The position numbers were made by a program, and so were the translations under genes. A stretch of 64,000 nt of DNA from Bdellovibrionales bacterium. Its GTDB lineage: Bacteria; Bdellovibrionota; Bdellovibrionia; Bdellovibrionales; UBA1609. Every line of letters begins with the position of its first letter. The first letter of the stretch is position 1. The notes beneath the pieces were generated by a model. The model searched no databases. It was not told the DNA's origin and saw only the letters and a program-made list of their open reading frames with translations. Shown piece after piece: positions 17,758-26,872 of the stretch. The stretch spans positions 256,001 through 320,000 of the forward strand of contig JAWLHR010000001.1 of assembly GCA_041690295.1 (NCBI GenBank), given 5' to 3'.

Positions 17758-18975
17758 TCATACGAGCAATTCCCTCGCCTTGCGCACTCCTTCGGCTAGG
17801 GCGTGAATGTCGGATTCACGCGTGTAAACCGAAAATGAAGCGCGGATCGTGCCTGGGATGGAAAATCGCCGCATCAACGGCTGACAGCAGTGATGACCCG
17901 CTCGCACGGCAATCCCCTGTTCGTCGAGGATCGCGCCCACGTCCGACGGATGAGTGCCCTCAACTAAAAATGAGAGCACGTGAGCGCGTGAAGGGGCGTT
18001 GCCGATAAATTTCACGCCCGGAATACGGCTCAGTTCCGATTCCGCCAGTTTCATGATTTTCTTTTCATGGGCGCGGATGTTTTCAGCTCCGACCGAATTC
18101 ACAAAATCCAAAGCCGCGGAGAGACCAATGATTTCCGCGATCGGCGGCGTTCCGGCCTCAAAACGAAGCGGCGGCGCGAGATACTCGACCCCGTCTTCAC
18201 GGACTTCGCTGATCATCGATCCCCCGCCTTGATAAGGCGGCATTTTCGCCAACCACTCTTCACGTCCATAAAGCACGCCGACACCGGTGGGGCCGAAAAC
18301 CTTGTGACCTGAAAACGCTAAAAAGTCGCAACCCAATTGGGAAACATCGATGTTTCCGGTGGCGGCCGATTGCGCCACATCGGCGATGCAAACCGCGCCC
18401 ACCCGTCGCGCTTCACGGAAAAAATCCGCCAATGGATTCAAAGTGCCGATCGCGTTTGACAAATGCACCAACGAAACGATCTTGGTCCGCTCCGACAAGA
18501 GCCCTTTATAAGCGTCGAAATCCAAGGTGCCATCGTCGCGAACGGGCACGAACCGAACCCGTGCCCGCCGCTCCGAAGCGATCATATGCCAGGGCACGAT
18601 GTTCGAATGATGCTCCATCTGGCTTAAAACAATTTCGTCGCCTTCATTCAGAATCAAAGATCCCAGGGAGCGCGCCAAAAGATTGAGGCCCTCGGTGGTC
18701 CCACGGGTGAAAACAATTTCGTTTTTGGAGCGGGCGCCGACATAGGTCCCCGCCTTTTCGCGCGCTTGTTCATACTTTTCCGTGGCTTCATCGCTTAAAA
18801 AATGGGCCGCGCGATGCACGTTGGCCGCGCCTTCGCGCAGATAACGCGAAACCGCGTCCACCACGCTCACCGGCTTCATGGCCGTCGCGGCGCTATCCAG
18901 ATACACCAGTGGACGCCCACGAACCTGCCGGGTCAGCTGAGGAAACAAGGCTGTCATCTCACGTTCAAAATCCAT
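17758..18975 (-). CDS. sufS: Cysteine desulfurase SufS
   Basis: YLDSAATAMKP, EHHSNIVPW, SGHK, FEAGTP, RAGHHC. Confidence 0.95.
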   Translation of the reverse strand: MDFEREMTALFPQLTRQVRGRPLVYLDSAATAMKPVSVVDAVSRYLREGAANVHRAAHFLSDEATEKYEQAREKAGTYVGARSKNEIVFTRGTTEGLNLLARSLGSLILNEGDEIVLSQMEHHSNIVPWHMIASERRARVRFVPVRDDGTLDFDAYKGLLSERTKIVSLVHLSNAIGTLNPLADFFREARRVGAVCIADVAQSAATGNIDVSQLGCDFLAFSGHKVFGPTGVGVLYGREEWLAKMPPYQGGGSMISEVREDGVEYLAPPLRFEAGTPPIAEIIGLSAALDFVNSVGAENIRAHEKKIMKLAESELSRIPGVKFIGNAPSRAHVLSFLVEGTHPSDVGAILDEQGIAVRAGHHCCQPLMRRFSIPGTIRASFSVYTRESDIHALAEGVRKARELLV

Positions 18976-20170
18976 CAACAGACTCCAACAACCGGCGCAA
19001 ACCGCTGTCCGGTATCTTCATGATCACGTCCGTAACGAACGCCTGACTCAGTAAGCTCTCCACTTGCTCCGGTGGAATCCCACGGCTGCGCAAGTAAAAG
19101 ATTTTCTCCTCATCCAGACGGCCCACGCTGGCCCCATGATTCGCCTTCACGTCATCGGCGTAAATTTCAAGTTCCGGTTTTGTATTCACTTCAGCGCCCG
19201 GACCCAACAGAAGATTTTGGTTCAATTGTTTGGAATCCACCTTCTGCGCGTCTTGGGCGATATAAATCTTGCCGTTGAAAACGCCACGGGACCGGTCTTT
19301 GTAAACACCTTTAAAAAGCTGCGACGAAGCGGTCTCGCCCGAATGATGGGAAACGACCACCCGCTGATCGATCTGCTGTTCACTTGAGCCGAATGTCAAC
19401 CCTTGCACATTCGCTTCGGCGCCGCGACCCCGCAGCTCACAAAGGATCTGCGAGCGCACCCAACCGGCGCCTTCATTCCACTGCGTGAAATGAAATCCAG
19501 AGCCTTCGTTCAACTCAATTTGTGTTTCGCTGAAGTGGTGGGCCTTCAAGCCTTCCTTCTGTATACGCAACCAATGAATTCGCGCCTTATCCGCCACCTT
19601 GATCTGGGTGAGGTCGGTCCGTAAATAAGGCACGTTTTCGCCGACCAACAGTTCCGCGACTTGAACCTTCGCTCCGGCATTCACCACCACACGGTGAAAC
19701 GCCGAACGCCATCCCGCTTCCGCTTGCTGATACTTAACCAGCAAAAGCGGTTTTGAAACTTCAGCTCCGGCCGCGATTTCAATCTCGGTTCCGGGCCAAG
19801 CCACCGCCGCGCTCAAATTCGATACCGCGTCCTCGCCCAAGTACTCGCTGGTAAACTCCGCGTCCCGAACCGTAAATTGCGGACTCGACAATTTCGCTCC
19901 CGGGCGAATGACGATGAAGTCCGACTCAAGCGAGGTAAGCCGCGACTCAAGCGATGCCGGAAGCTCCGGAACGACGGCCACCGGATCACCGCCATGACGC
20001 TCAACCGGCGCCAATGTGGTGTATCGCCAGGTTTCGGATTTCCGGCCCGGCCATCCCAGTTTTTCCATCCGCTCCCAAGCGCGCTCTCGAAACCGTCGCT
20101 CCGGCAAGCTGGCTTTGGGAAGAAGATTGTCCAACCGCGATTTCGCGGCCTTCATCAAATTCGTTGTCAT
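18965..20170 (-). CDS. sufD: Fe-S assembly protein SufD
   Basis: ETWRYT, TKPELEIYADDVKANHGA, FYLRSRGI. Confidence 0.93.
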   Translation of the reverse strand: MTTNLMKAAKSRLDNLLPKASLPERRFRERAWERMEKLGWPGRKSETWRYTTLAPVERHGGDPVAVVPELPASLESRLTSLESDFIVIRPGAKLSSPQFTVRDAEFTSEYLGEDAVSNLSAAVAWPGTEIEIAAGAEVSKPLLLVKYQQAEAGWRSAFHRVVVNAGAKVQVAELLVGENVPYLRTDLTQIKVADKARIHWLRIQKEGLKAHHFSETQIELNEGSGFHFTQWNEGAGWVRSQILCELRGRGAEANVQGLTFGSSEQQIDQRVVVSHHSGETASSQLFKGVYKDRSRGVFNGKIYIAQDAQKVDSKQLNQNLLLGPGAEVNTKPELEIYADDVKANHGASVGRLDEEKIFYLRSRGIPPEQVESLLSQAFVTDVIMKIPDSGLRRLLESVDGF

Positions 20171-20928
20171 GCCTCCGCCTTGACCAACCAGTCGTATCCA
20201 CGCTCTTCGAGGGTGAGCGCCAGTGTCTTGTCCCCGGATTGGACGATCCGGCCGCGATGGAGCACATGAACAAAATCGGGCACGATGTAGTCCAACAGGC
20301 GTTGATAATGGGTGATCAACAGAATCGCGTTGTCCTTGCTGCGCAATTTGTTCACGCCCGAGGCCACGACTTTCAATGAGTCGATGTCCAATCCGGAATC
20401 GGTCTCATCAAGAATCGCCAGCCGCGGCGACAACACGGCCATTTGCAAAATTTCATTGCGCTTTTTCTCGCCGCCCGAAAAACCTTCGTTGACCGCCCGG
20501 TCAAGAAAACGAGGATCCAGGTCCACAAGCGCGGCTTTCTTTTCCACGAACTTGCGGAATTCGTCTTCGGACATTTCCTGCACGCCTTGATGACGGCAGA
20601 TTGAATTGAACGCCGTCCTTAGAAAAGTCATGTTCGAAAGCCCCGGCACCTCGATGGGATATTGGAAGGCGAGAAACACGCCTTCGCGCGCTCGCTCGTC
20701 GGGCGCCATGGTGAGCAGGTCCCGCGGAGTGAAGTTCACCTCATAAGTGACTTCCCCACGAGTCACCTCATAAGCCGGGTGGCCGGCCAACACCTTGGAC
20801 AAGGTGCTCTTGCCCGATCCGTTCGGGCCCATGATGGCGTGGACTTCACCGGGATTAATGGTGAGATTAATCCCCCGTAAAACTTCTTTGCCGTCCACGT
20901 TACAATGCAGATCTTTGATCTGAAGCAT
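20167..20928 (-). CDS. sufC: Fe-S assembly ATPase SufC
   Basis: GPNGSGKST, FLAFQYPIEVPG, NEGFSGGEKKRNEILQM. Confidence 0.97.
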   Translation of the reverse strand: MLQIKDLHCNVDGKEVLRGINLTINPGEVHAIMGPNGSGKSTLSKVLAGHPAYEVTRGEVTYEVNFTPRDLLTMAPDERAREGVFLAFQYPIEVPGLSNMTFLRTAFNSICRHQGVQEMSEDEFRKFVEKKAALVDLDPRFLDRAVNEGFSGGEKKRNEILQMAVLSPRLAILDETDSGLDIDSLKVVASGVNKLRSKDNAILLITHYQRLLDYIVPDFVHVLHRGRIVQSGDKTLALTLEERGYDWLVKAEA

Positions 20929-20936
20929 AAATCACC

Positions 20937-22358
20937 TTATCCGATACTGTTTTCCAGTTTCATTTCGATCAACTTGACCGCCTCGACGGAAAATTCGAGC
21001 GGCAGTTGCTTGAACACTTCCTTACAAAATCCATTCACCAGCAGCGAGACACATTCTTCCTGCGACAGACCACGCGACTGCAGATAAAACAGTTGCTCTT
21101 CACTGATGCGCGAGGTGGAGGCTTCGTGCTCCACCACCGCCGACGGATTTTTCACCTCAATCACCGGGAATGTATTGGCGCCTGACCGGTTCCCCACCAG
21201 CATGGAATCACACTGAGAGAAATTTCGCGCGCCTTCCGCTCCCGGCAAAATCTTTACTAGACCGCGATAGCTGTTCACCGAATGACCGGTCGATATCCCT
21301 TTGGAAATGATCGTGCTCTTGGTGTTTTTCCCGATGTGGATCATCTTGGTTCCCGTATCGGCCTGCATTCGATCGTGAGTCAGTGCCACCGAGTAAAACG
21401 CACCGACGGAGTTTTCCCCTTGCAGAATACAACTCGGATACTTCCAGGTGATGGCCGAGCCGGCTTCCACCTGGGTCCAGCTGATCTTCGAATTACGACC
21501 CTGGCACTTTCCGCGTTTGGTAACGAAGTTGTAAATTCCGCCACGGCCTTCGCGATCGCCCGTGTACCAGTTTTGAACCGTGGAATAACGAATCTCGGCA
21601 TTTTCCAAAGCGATCAGTTCCACCACCGCCGCGTGAAGTTGATTTTCATCGCGCTGGGGCGCCGTGCAGCCTTCCAGATAATTGACGTAGCTACCTTCAT
21701 CCGCGATCAAAAGTGTTCGTTCAAACTGACCCGTCTCCTGTGCGTTGATGCGGAAGTAAGTCGAAAGATCCAGCGGACAGCGAACACCTTTGGGAATGTA
21801 GCAGAACGAGCCATCCGAAAAGACCGCCGCGTTCAACGCCGCGAAGAAATTGTCGGTGTGAGGAACGACCGTTCCCAAATATTTACGAACCAGCTCCGGA
21901 TATTTCTGAATGGCTTCGGAGATGGAACAGAAAACCACGCCGTGACGCTCAAGAATTTCCTTATGGGTCGTGCCCAAGGAAACCGAATCAAACACCGCAT
22001 CGATCGCCACGCCACTGATCCGCTTTTGCTCGGTCAGCGGAATTCCCAGGCGTTCAAAAGTGCGAAGCAATTCCGGATCCAGCTCGTCCAGTGATTTGGG
22101 TTTTTCTTTCACCGACTTGGGAGCGGCGTAATAGTAAATATCCTGATAATCGATCGGCTCGTAATCCGCCTTGGCCCAGTGAGGCTCGGTCATGGTGAGC
22201 CAGTGCCGGTAGGCCTTCAACCGATAATCCAACATCCAATCCGGCTCGTTCTTGCGCCGAGAAATCGCGCGGATCACGTCCTCGTTCAAACCCTTGGCAA
22301 TGGTCTCGGTGTCGATTTCCGTGACAAAGCCGTGTTTATATTCACGCACTTCACTCAT
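20937..22358 (-). CDS. sufB: Fe-S assembly protein SufB
   Basis: [34 protein letters not shown]; start MSEVREY with GGAGG RBS. Confidence 0.97.
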   Translation of the reverse strand: MSEVREYKHGFVTEIDTETIAKGLNEDVIRAISRRKNEPDWMLDYRLKAYRHWLTMTEPHWAKADYEPIDYQDIYYYAAPKSVKEKPKSLDELDPELLRTFERLGIPLTEQKRISGVAIDAVFDSVSLGTTHKEILERHGVVFCSISEAIQKYPELVRKYLGTVVPHTDNFFAALNAAVFSDGSFCYIPKGVRCPLDLSTYFRINAQETGQFERTLLIADEGSYVNYLEGCTAPQRDENQLHAAVVELIALENAEIRYSTVQNWYTGDREGRGGIYNFVTKRGKCQGRNSKISWTQVEAGSAITWKYPSCILQGENSVGAFYSVALTHDRMQADTGTKMIHIGKNTKSTIISKGISTGHSVNSYRGLVKILPGAEGARNFSQCDSMLVGNRSGANTFPVIEVKNPSAVVEHEASTSRISEEQLFYLQSRGLSQEECVSLLVNGFCKEVFKQLPLEFSVEAVKLIEMKLENSIG

Positions 22359-22798
22359 GAGGTGGCCTCCATCGGGGGCCGATGATGTTCCGTCTTCAAG
22401 CGCAAGAGTTCCGAGACATAAATGCTTCGATAAAAATCCTGATACCGACGGTTCAGAACCACGATGGGATTGTGAATATTGCACGTGGGTTCAAGTTCGC
22501 ACCGTCCGCGACCCAGCAAACATTTGGCCGCGGCCATCGGTCCCAAAATCAATTCCATCAGTTCGTAGAGGGACACCTTTGACAGGTCGCGAACCAGCAC
22601 GTAGCCGCCATGCGCCCCGTGTTCCGACCGCAAAATCCCCTTCTGTGCCATCTTCTGTAGAACCCGAGCGGTGGCATCGAATGGACAGCCAGTGATTTCA
22701 ACCACTTCCTTGGCCGAAGTGAGCTCGCCCGGCTTTTTTCCGGCGATAATTTTTAAGGCCATGAGGGCGTATTCAAGTTTTCGGTTGAGCCGTGTCAC
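22355..22798 (-). CDS. Rrf2-family (IscR-like) regulator
   Basis: EYALMAL...GAHGGYVL; C-x6-C-x5-C-x2-H; GTG start after GAGGA. Confidence 0.9.
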   Translation of the reverse strand: MTRLNRKLEYALMALKIIAGKKPGELTSAKEVVEITGCPFDATARVLQKMAQKGILRSEHGAHGGYVLVRDLSKVSLYELMELILGPMAAAKCLLGRGRCELEPTCNIHNPIVVLNRRYQDFYRSIYVSELLRLKTEHHRPPMEATS

Positions 22799-22978
22799 TG
22801 CTTCTATCCTCTTAAAAATCCTAAGCTTTCTTGACTTGCGAAACCCCGCCAATTAAATGCAAGCAAGTCGAAACTCAATTGAGAGTAACTATATACGCCT
22901 AAAAAAGACTTATTTAAAGGAAATCCTATTTTTTCGGCAATTCAGAGACTGATTCTCATTAGCCTGGGCTCCATCGCG

Positions 22979-23590
22979 GTGATCGCGCTGGGGATTGGGT
23001 TCATGCGCTGGACAGGCTCCCAGCAAATGTACACTGCGCCATCACATCCTTGGTTCGAATGGCCGCATTGGCGGGTCGAAACCCCCGCTGAAGACATACT
23101 TTGCCACTCCCAACAGAGGGTGCGGATTTCGGATCCGGATACCATTTTCCATGTGCGAGTTCGGGCCGTGGACAATCGCTGGATCGTGAACTGTCCTGAT
23201 AAACCCATGCCGCTGGTGGATTTACTCAACCGCGCTGATGCCAAAAATTGGTTGCTGACAATTGAAGCGAAGGACACCATCGGGCTTGATGATCTGATTA
23301 GAGACTTGGCTCCGTTCGATAAAGAATTTCGCTTTGCCATTCATAGTCCGGCGCAACAGGTGGCCCGTTACCTACGTAAAAAATCACCGCAGTGGTTGTT
23401 CGCCGCGGATTCCGCGACACTTTTGCGTCTCCATATGTTTACAAGTCTGTGGCTCGAAACGGCATTTGATTTCTGGCCGGATTTCGTGATTCAAAATCCA
23501 GACGATCGGAATACGGATCTTTCGCCTCGTGAGTTGGCGGAAATCCGGCGGCGTAACAAGCGAGTTATCTTGTTGCCTAATCCCCGTTAA
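22979..23590 (+). CDS. Hypothetical protein, possibly degenerate glycerophosphodiester phosphodiesterase-like
   Basis: N-terminal anchor and weak GDPD resemblance; start uncertain. Confidence 0.5.
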   Translation: MIALGIGFMRWTGSQQMYTAPSHPWFEWPHWRVETPAEDILCHSQQRVRISDPDTIFHVRVRAVDNRWIVNCPDKPMPLVDLLNRADAKNWLLTIEAKDTIGLDDLIRDLAPFDKEFRFAIHSPAQQVARYLRKKSPQWLFAADSATLLRLHMFTSLWLETAFDFWPDFVIQNPDDRNTDLSPRELAEIRRRNKRVILLPNPR

Positions 23591-23610
23591 TCGGCTTACG
23601 CTTTTCAATT

Positions 23611-24351
23611 ATGTTTTCAACAGCATGGGCCGCATCCGAAACCGTTAAAGTCACCGCGAACGTCGGCGCCTGGCACGCCATCACATCCGCCAGCTTCGTC
23701 GTTCAGCTGACACTTCTCTCGTTGATTCTAATGTCCGTCGGCTCCTGGGCCATCATGGCGCAGAAGCGAAAACAGTTTAAAGCCGTCGAAGAGGGCAATA
23801 TTCCCTTCGAAGAAAAATTCTGGAAAGCCTCGTCCCTTGAGGAAGTGCACGACAACCTCAAGGATTTTCCCGATAGCAATATGGCCGCCGTGTTCCAGTT
23901 TGGATACCTGGAGTTAAAGAAAATCGCTGAGAGCCGTCTGCTGGCGTCCGTGCAGGAAGACGGTGAATCGCCGGTTCTCAGCGGTATCGACAATCTTCAA
24001 CGGGCGCTCCGCAAGGCCATTGACCTTGAAATCTCCCGTTTGGAATCGCGGCTGAATTTTCTCGCCACGGTCGGCAGCGTCGGTCCGTTCGTGGGATTGT
24101 TCGGCACCGTCTGGGGGATCATGGGATCCTTTCAAAAAATCGGTGCGACCGGATCGGCCAGCCTCGCTGTTGTGGCGCCCGGGATCGCCGAAGCTTTGAT
24201 CGCCACCGGTGTCGGCCTGGCCGCCGCCATCCCGGCGACAATCGCCTACAATTTGTTCGTCACCCGCATTCGCAAACAAGAGCTGGCACTCAACAATTTC
24301 GCCGCTGACTTTTTGAATTTAGCTAAACGCAACTTCTTCAAAGGGCAGTAA
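23611..24351 (+). CDS. tolQ: TolQ (MotA/TolQ/ExbB)
   Basis: FLATVGSVGPFVGLFGTVWGIM, VVAPGIAEALIAT. Confidence 0.93.
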   Translation: MFSTAWAASETVKVTANVGAWHAITSASFVVQLTLLSLILMSVGSWAIMAQKRKQFKAVEEGNIPFEEKFWKASSLEEVHDNLKDFPDSNMAAVFQFGYLELKKIAESRLLASVQEDGESPVLSGIDNLQRALRKAIDLEISRLESRLNFLATVGSVGPFVGLFGTVWGIMGSFQKIGATGSASLAVVAPGIAEALIATGVGLAAAIPATIAYNLFVTRIRKQELALNNFAADFLNLAKRNFFKGQ

Positions 24352-24353
24352 GT

Positions 24354-24779
24354 ATGTCGGCTTCACCCGCGCCCCGAAGCGGTGCTCGCACTGTTTTAAG
24401 TGAAATCAACGTGACTCCGCTCGTGGATGTCATGTTGGTTTTGCTGATCATCTTCATGGTCACCGCGCCCATGATGCAGCAAGGGCTTGAGGTGGAACTT
24501 CCGGAAACCGCGAACAGCGGTGTTTCCACCACCGATGAGCCCTTTATCCTGGTGATCAAAAAAGATGGTTCCCTGTACGCGGGCCAGTCCCGCCTTCAAA
24601 TGGAAACGCTCGGAACCAAACTCAAAGCGATATTCGCGACCCGAAAGAATAAACAAATTTATATCCAAGCCGACGCTCGCGTTAATTACGGAACGGTGGC
24701 CGAAGCTATGGGCGAGATCCGAGCCGCCGGGATTTACCAGATCGGAATGATCACTGTGCCCAAAGCCGGGGGGAGATGA
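24354..24779 (+). CDS. tolR: TolR (ExbD/TolR)
   Basis: SEINVTPLVDVMLVLLIIFMVTAP. Confidence 0.93.
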   Translation: MSASPAPRSGARTVLSEINVTPLVDVMLVLLIIFMVTAPMMQQGLEVELPETANSGVSTTDEPFILVIKKDGSLYAGQSRLQMETLGTKLKAIFATRKNKQIYIQADARVNYGTVAEAMGEIRAAGIYQIGMITVPKAGGR

Positions 24780-25483
24780 ACGACTCACTTTCCCGAGATT
24801 TGATCTATTCGCTGGCCGGACATCTCGTTGTCGTCGTGTTCATTTTCTTTTCGGCGGTATTGATTCCGAGCCAACCGATCGATCTCCGGCAAGCCATCCG
24901 CGTGGATGTGGTGGGATTGCCTGATAAACTACCTGAACAGAAACTTGCACCGCCCAAACCAGAGCCCGAATCAATGAAGGCTCCGCCCAAAGTTGAAGAG
25001 GCGAAAGCGCCGAAAGTCTCCACCAAGAAAGCCGACCTCTCCAAATCTCAACAAGCGGCCTTGAACCAGATCAAAAGCATGAAGGCTTTGGAGAAAATCA
25101 AGAGCCAATTGAACAAGGAAAAAGAGAAGAACGATAATGCCTCAACGGTCGTTAAAGGCAACCAGGTTAATGCCGGAAATTCGTTAACTGGTCTCGAGAA
25201 AATTGAATACGACCGCTATTTTGATGATCTCAACGTCCGGATCCGCGAACATTGGAATATACCGCAGTGGCTGGCGGATGCGAATCTCCGAGCTCAAGTT
25301 CAGGTTTTAATCGACGAAAGAGGCTATGTGGTCAAAAAAGTGTTCCGCCGCTCCAGCGGAAACACTGTTTTTGATAATAGCGTTCTCGCCGCGATCGATA
25401 ATAGTTCACCTTTACCGGCGCCACCGGCGCGATTACGAGGACTTTTGGCCACATCTGGGGTAATCTTTAACTTTCCGGAGTAA
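24776..25483 (+). CDS. tolA: TolA/TonB-family protein
   Basis: TM with SxxxH, Pro/Lys linker, TonB_C domain (SSGNTVFD). Confidence 0.85.
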   Translation: MNDSLSRDLIYSLAGHLVVVVFIFFSAVLIPSQPIDLRQAIRVDVVGLPDKLPEQKLAPPKPEPESMKAPPKVEEAKAPKVSTKKADLSKSQQAALNQIKSMKALEKIKSQLNKEKEKNDNASTVVKGNQVNAGNSLTGLEKIEYDRYFDDLNVRIREHWNIPQWLADANLRAQVQVLIDERGYVVKKVFRRSSGNTVFDNSVLAAIDNSSPLPAPPARLRGLLATSGVIFNFPE

Positions 25484-25486
25484 GAT

Positions 25487-26872
25487 ATGAGCATACGATC
25501 TATTTTTTTATTGTCGGTCTTGTTGATTTACACCGGGCTCGTTTCGGCTCAATCCGAATCCCACATCTACATCGACGTGGGTCAAGGAAACGTTAAGAAA
25601 AGCCTTTTGGCTTTGCCGCCGCTGCTTTATGCGGGAACGCAACCCACGAATAAAAGTCACATTCAGATCGGCCAGGACCTGTTTCGGGTCATTTATAACG
25701 ATCTCAGTGTTTCGAACTTTTTCACCTTCGTAAAACCTGAAGCCTACCTTGAGGATCCGGCCAAAGTCGGACTGCGCCCGGCCCCTGGCACACCGAACGG
25801 ATTCAAGTTTGAAAATTGGAAGACGATAGGCACGGAATTCTTGGTTCGCGCCGCCTACTCGGTTCTCGGCAACGACGTTTCCGTCGAGGCGTTCGTTTAC
25901 CATGTGCCCACGACAAAACAGGTTCTGGGTAAAACCTATAAAGGACCGACAGGAGCCGTACGGCGAATCGCCCACACCTTCTCGAATGATCTTGTTCAGG
26001 CTCTCACCGGAAAACGCGGAATGTTTCTCACGAAACTCGTGGCCTCGGGATTGCCGCCCGGCGGACATAAGGAAATTTATATTATGGATTGGGACGGGGC
26101 CAATCGGCAGAAAATCACCAGCATGAAGCACATCGCGATTTCACCGGCATGGTCCACCAAAGGTGACAAGATCGCTTACACCGGGTTTCCGCTTCATAAG
26201 AAAGAAAAAGTTCGCAATGCCGACTTATTTATTTACGACATCAAAACCGGTAAACGATTCCTGGTTTCGTACCATAAGGGAATTAACTCCGGCGCGGCTT
26301 TTCTGCCGGGCGATCAGTTCATCATGTTAACGCTTACAAAATCCGGAAATCCCGATCTTTACAAAATGACCGCGGACGGAAAGTCTTTGCAGCGGATCAC
26401 CAATGGGCCGAATCGGGCGATGAACGTGGAGCCGGCGATTTCTCCCGACGGAACGAAAGTGGCCTTTTCCTCGGACCGCGCGGGCCAGCCGCACATTTAC
26501 GTTATGAATATCGACGGAAGTAATGTGAAGCGCCTGACCTTCGCGGGTAAGTACAATTCTTCGCCCTCGTGGTCACCCGATGGCAAAACATTGGCCTTCG
26601 CCGGATTTGACAAAAATCACTTTGATATCTTCACCATCAACATCGATGGAACCAATCTGAAGCGATTGACGGATGCGACAAAGCCCAACGGTAAACCGGC
26701 GGATAACGAATCACCGACCTGGTCGCCGGATGGACGGCATATCATGTTCAGCAGCAACCGGAGCGGGCGGCATCAGATTTACGTCGTGAGCCCGGACGGC
26801 ACCAATGAGCGCCGGATCACTCACGACAATATCAGTTGGGAAAAACCCAAGTGGTCACCCTTCCTGGATTAG
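25487..26872 (+). CDS. tolB: TolB beta-propeller
   Basis: TolB N-domain (AHTFSNDLVQALTG) plus PD40 repeats (PSWSPDG). Confidence 0.93.
   Translation: MSIRSIFLLSVLLIYTGLVSAQSESHIYIDVGQGNVKKSLLALPPLLYAGTQPTNKSHIQIGQDLFRVIYNDLSVSNFFTFVKPEAYLEDPAKVGLRPAPGTPNGFKFENWKTIGTEFLVRAAYSVLGNDVSVEAFVYHVPTTKQVLGKTYKGPTGAVRRIAHTFSNDLVQALTGKRGMFLTKLVASGLPPGGHKEIYIMDWDGANRQKITSMKHIAISPAWSTKGDKIAYTGFPLHKKEKVRNADLFIYDIKTGKRFLVSYHKGINSGAAFLPGDQFIMLTLTKSGNPDLYKMTADGKSLQRITNGPNRAMNVEPAISPDGTKVAFSSDRAGQPHIYVMNIDGSNVKRLTFAGKYNSSPSWSPDGKTLAFAGFDKNHFDIFTINIDGTNLKRLTDATKPNGKPADNESPTWSPDGRHIMFSSNRSGRHQIYVVSPDGTNERRITHDNISWEKPKWSPFLD

Noticed and set aside
21282..22094. Long antisense ORFs (this one, 1708-2325, 41577-42326 and others)
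   Set aside because: They are shadow frames opposite well-supported genes.
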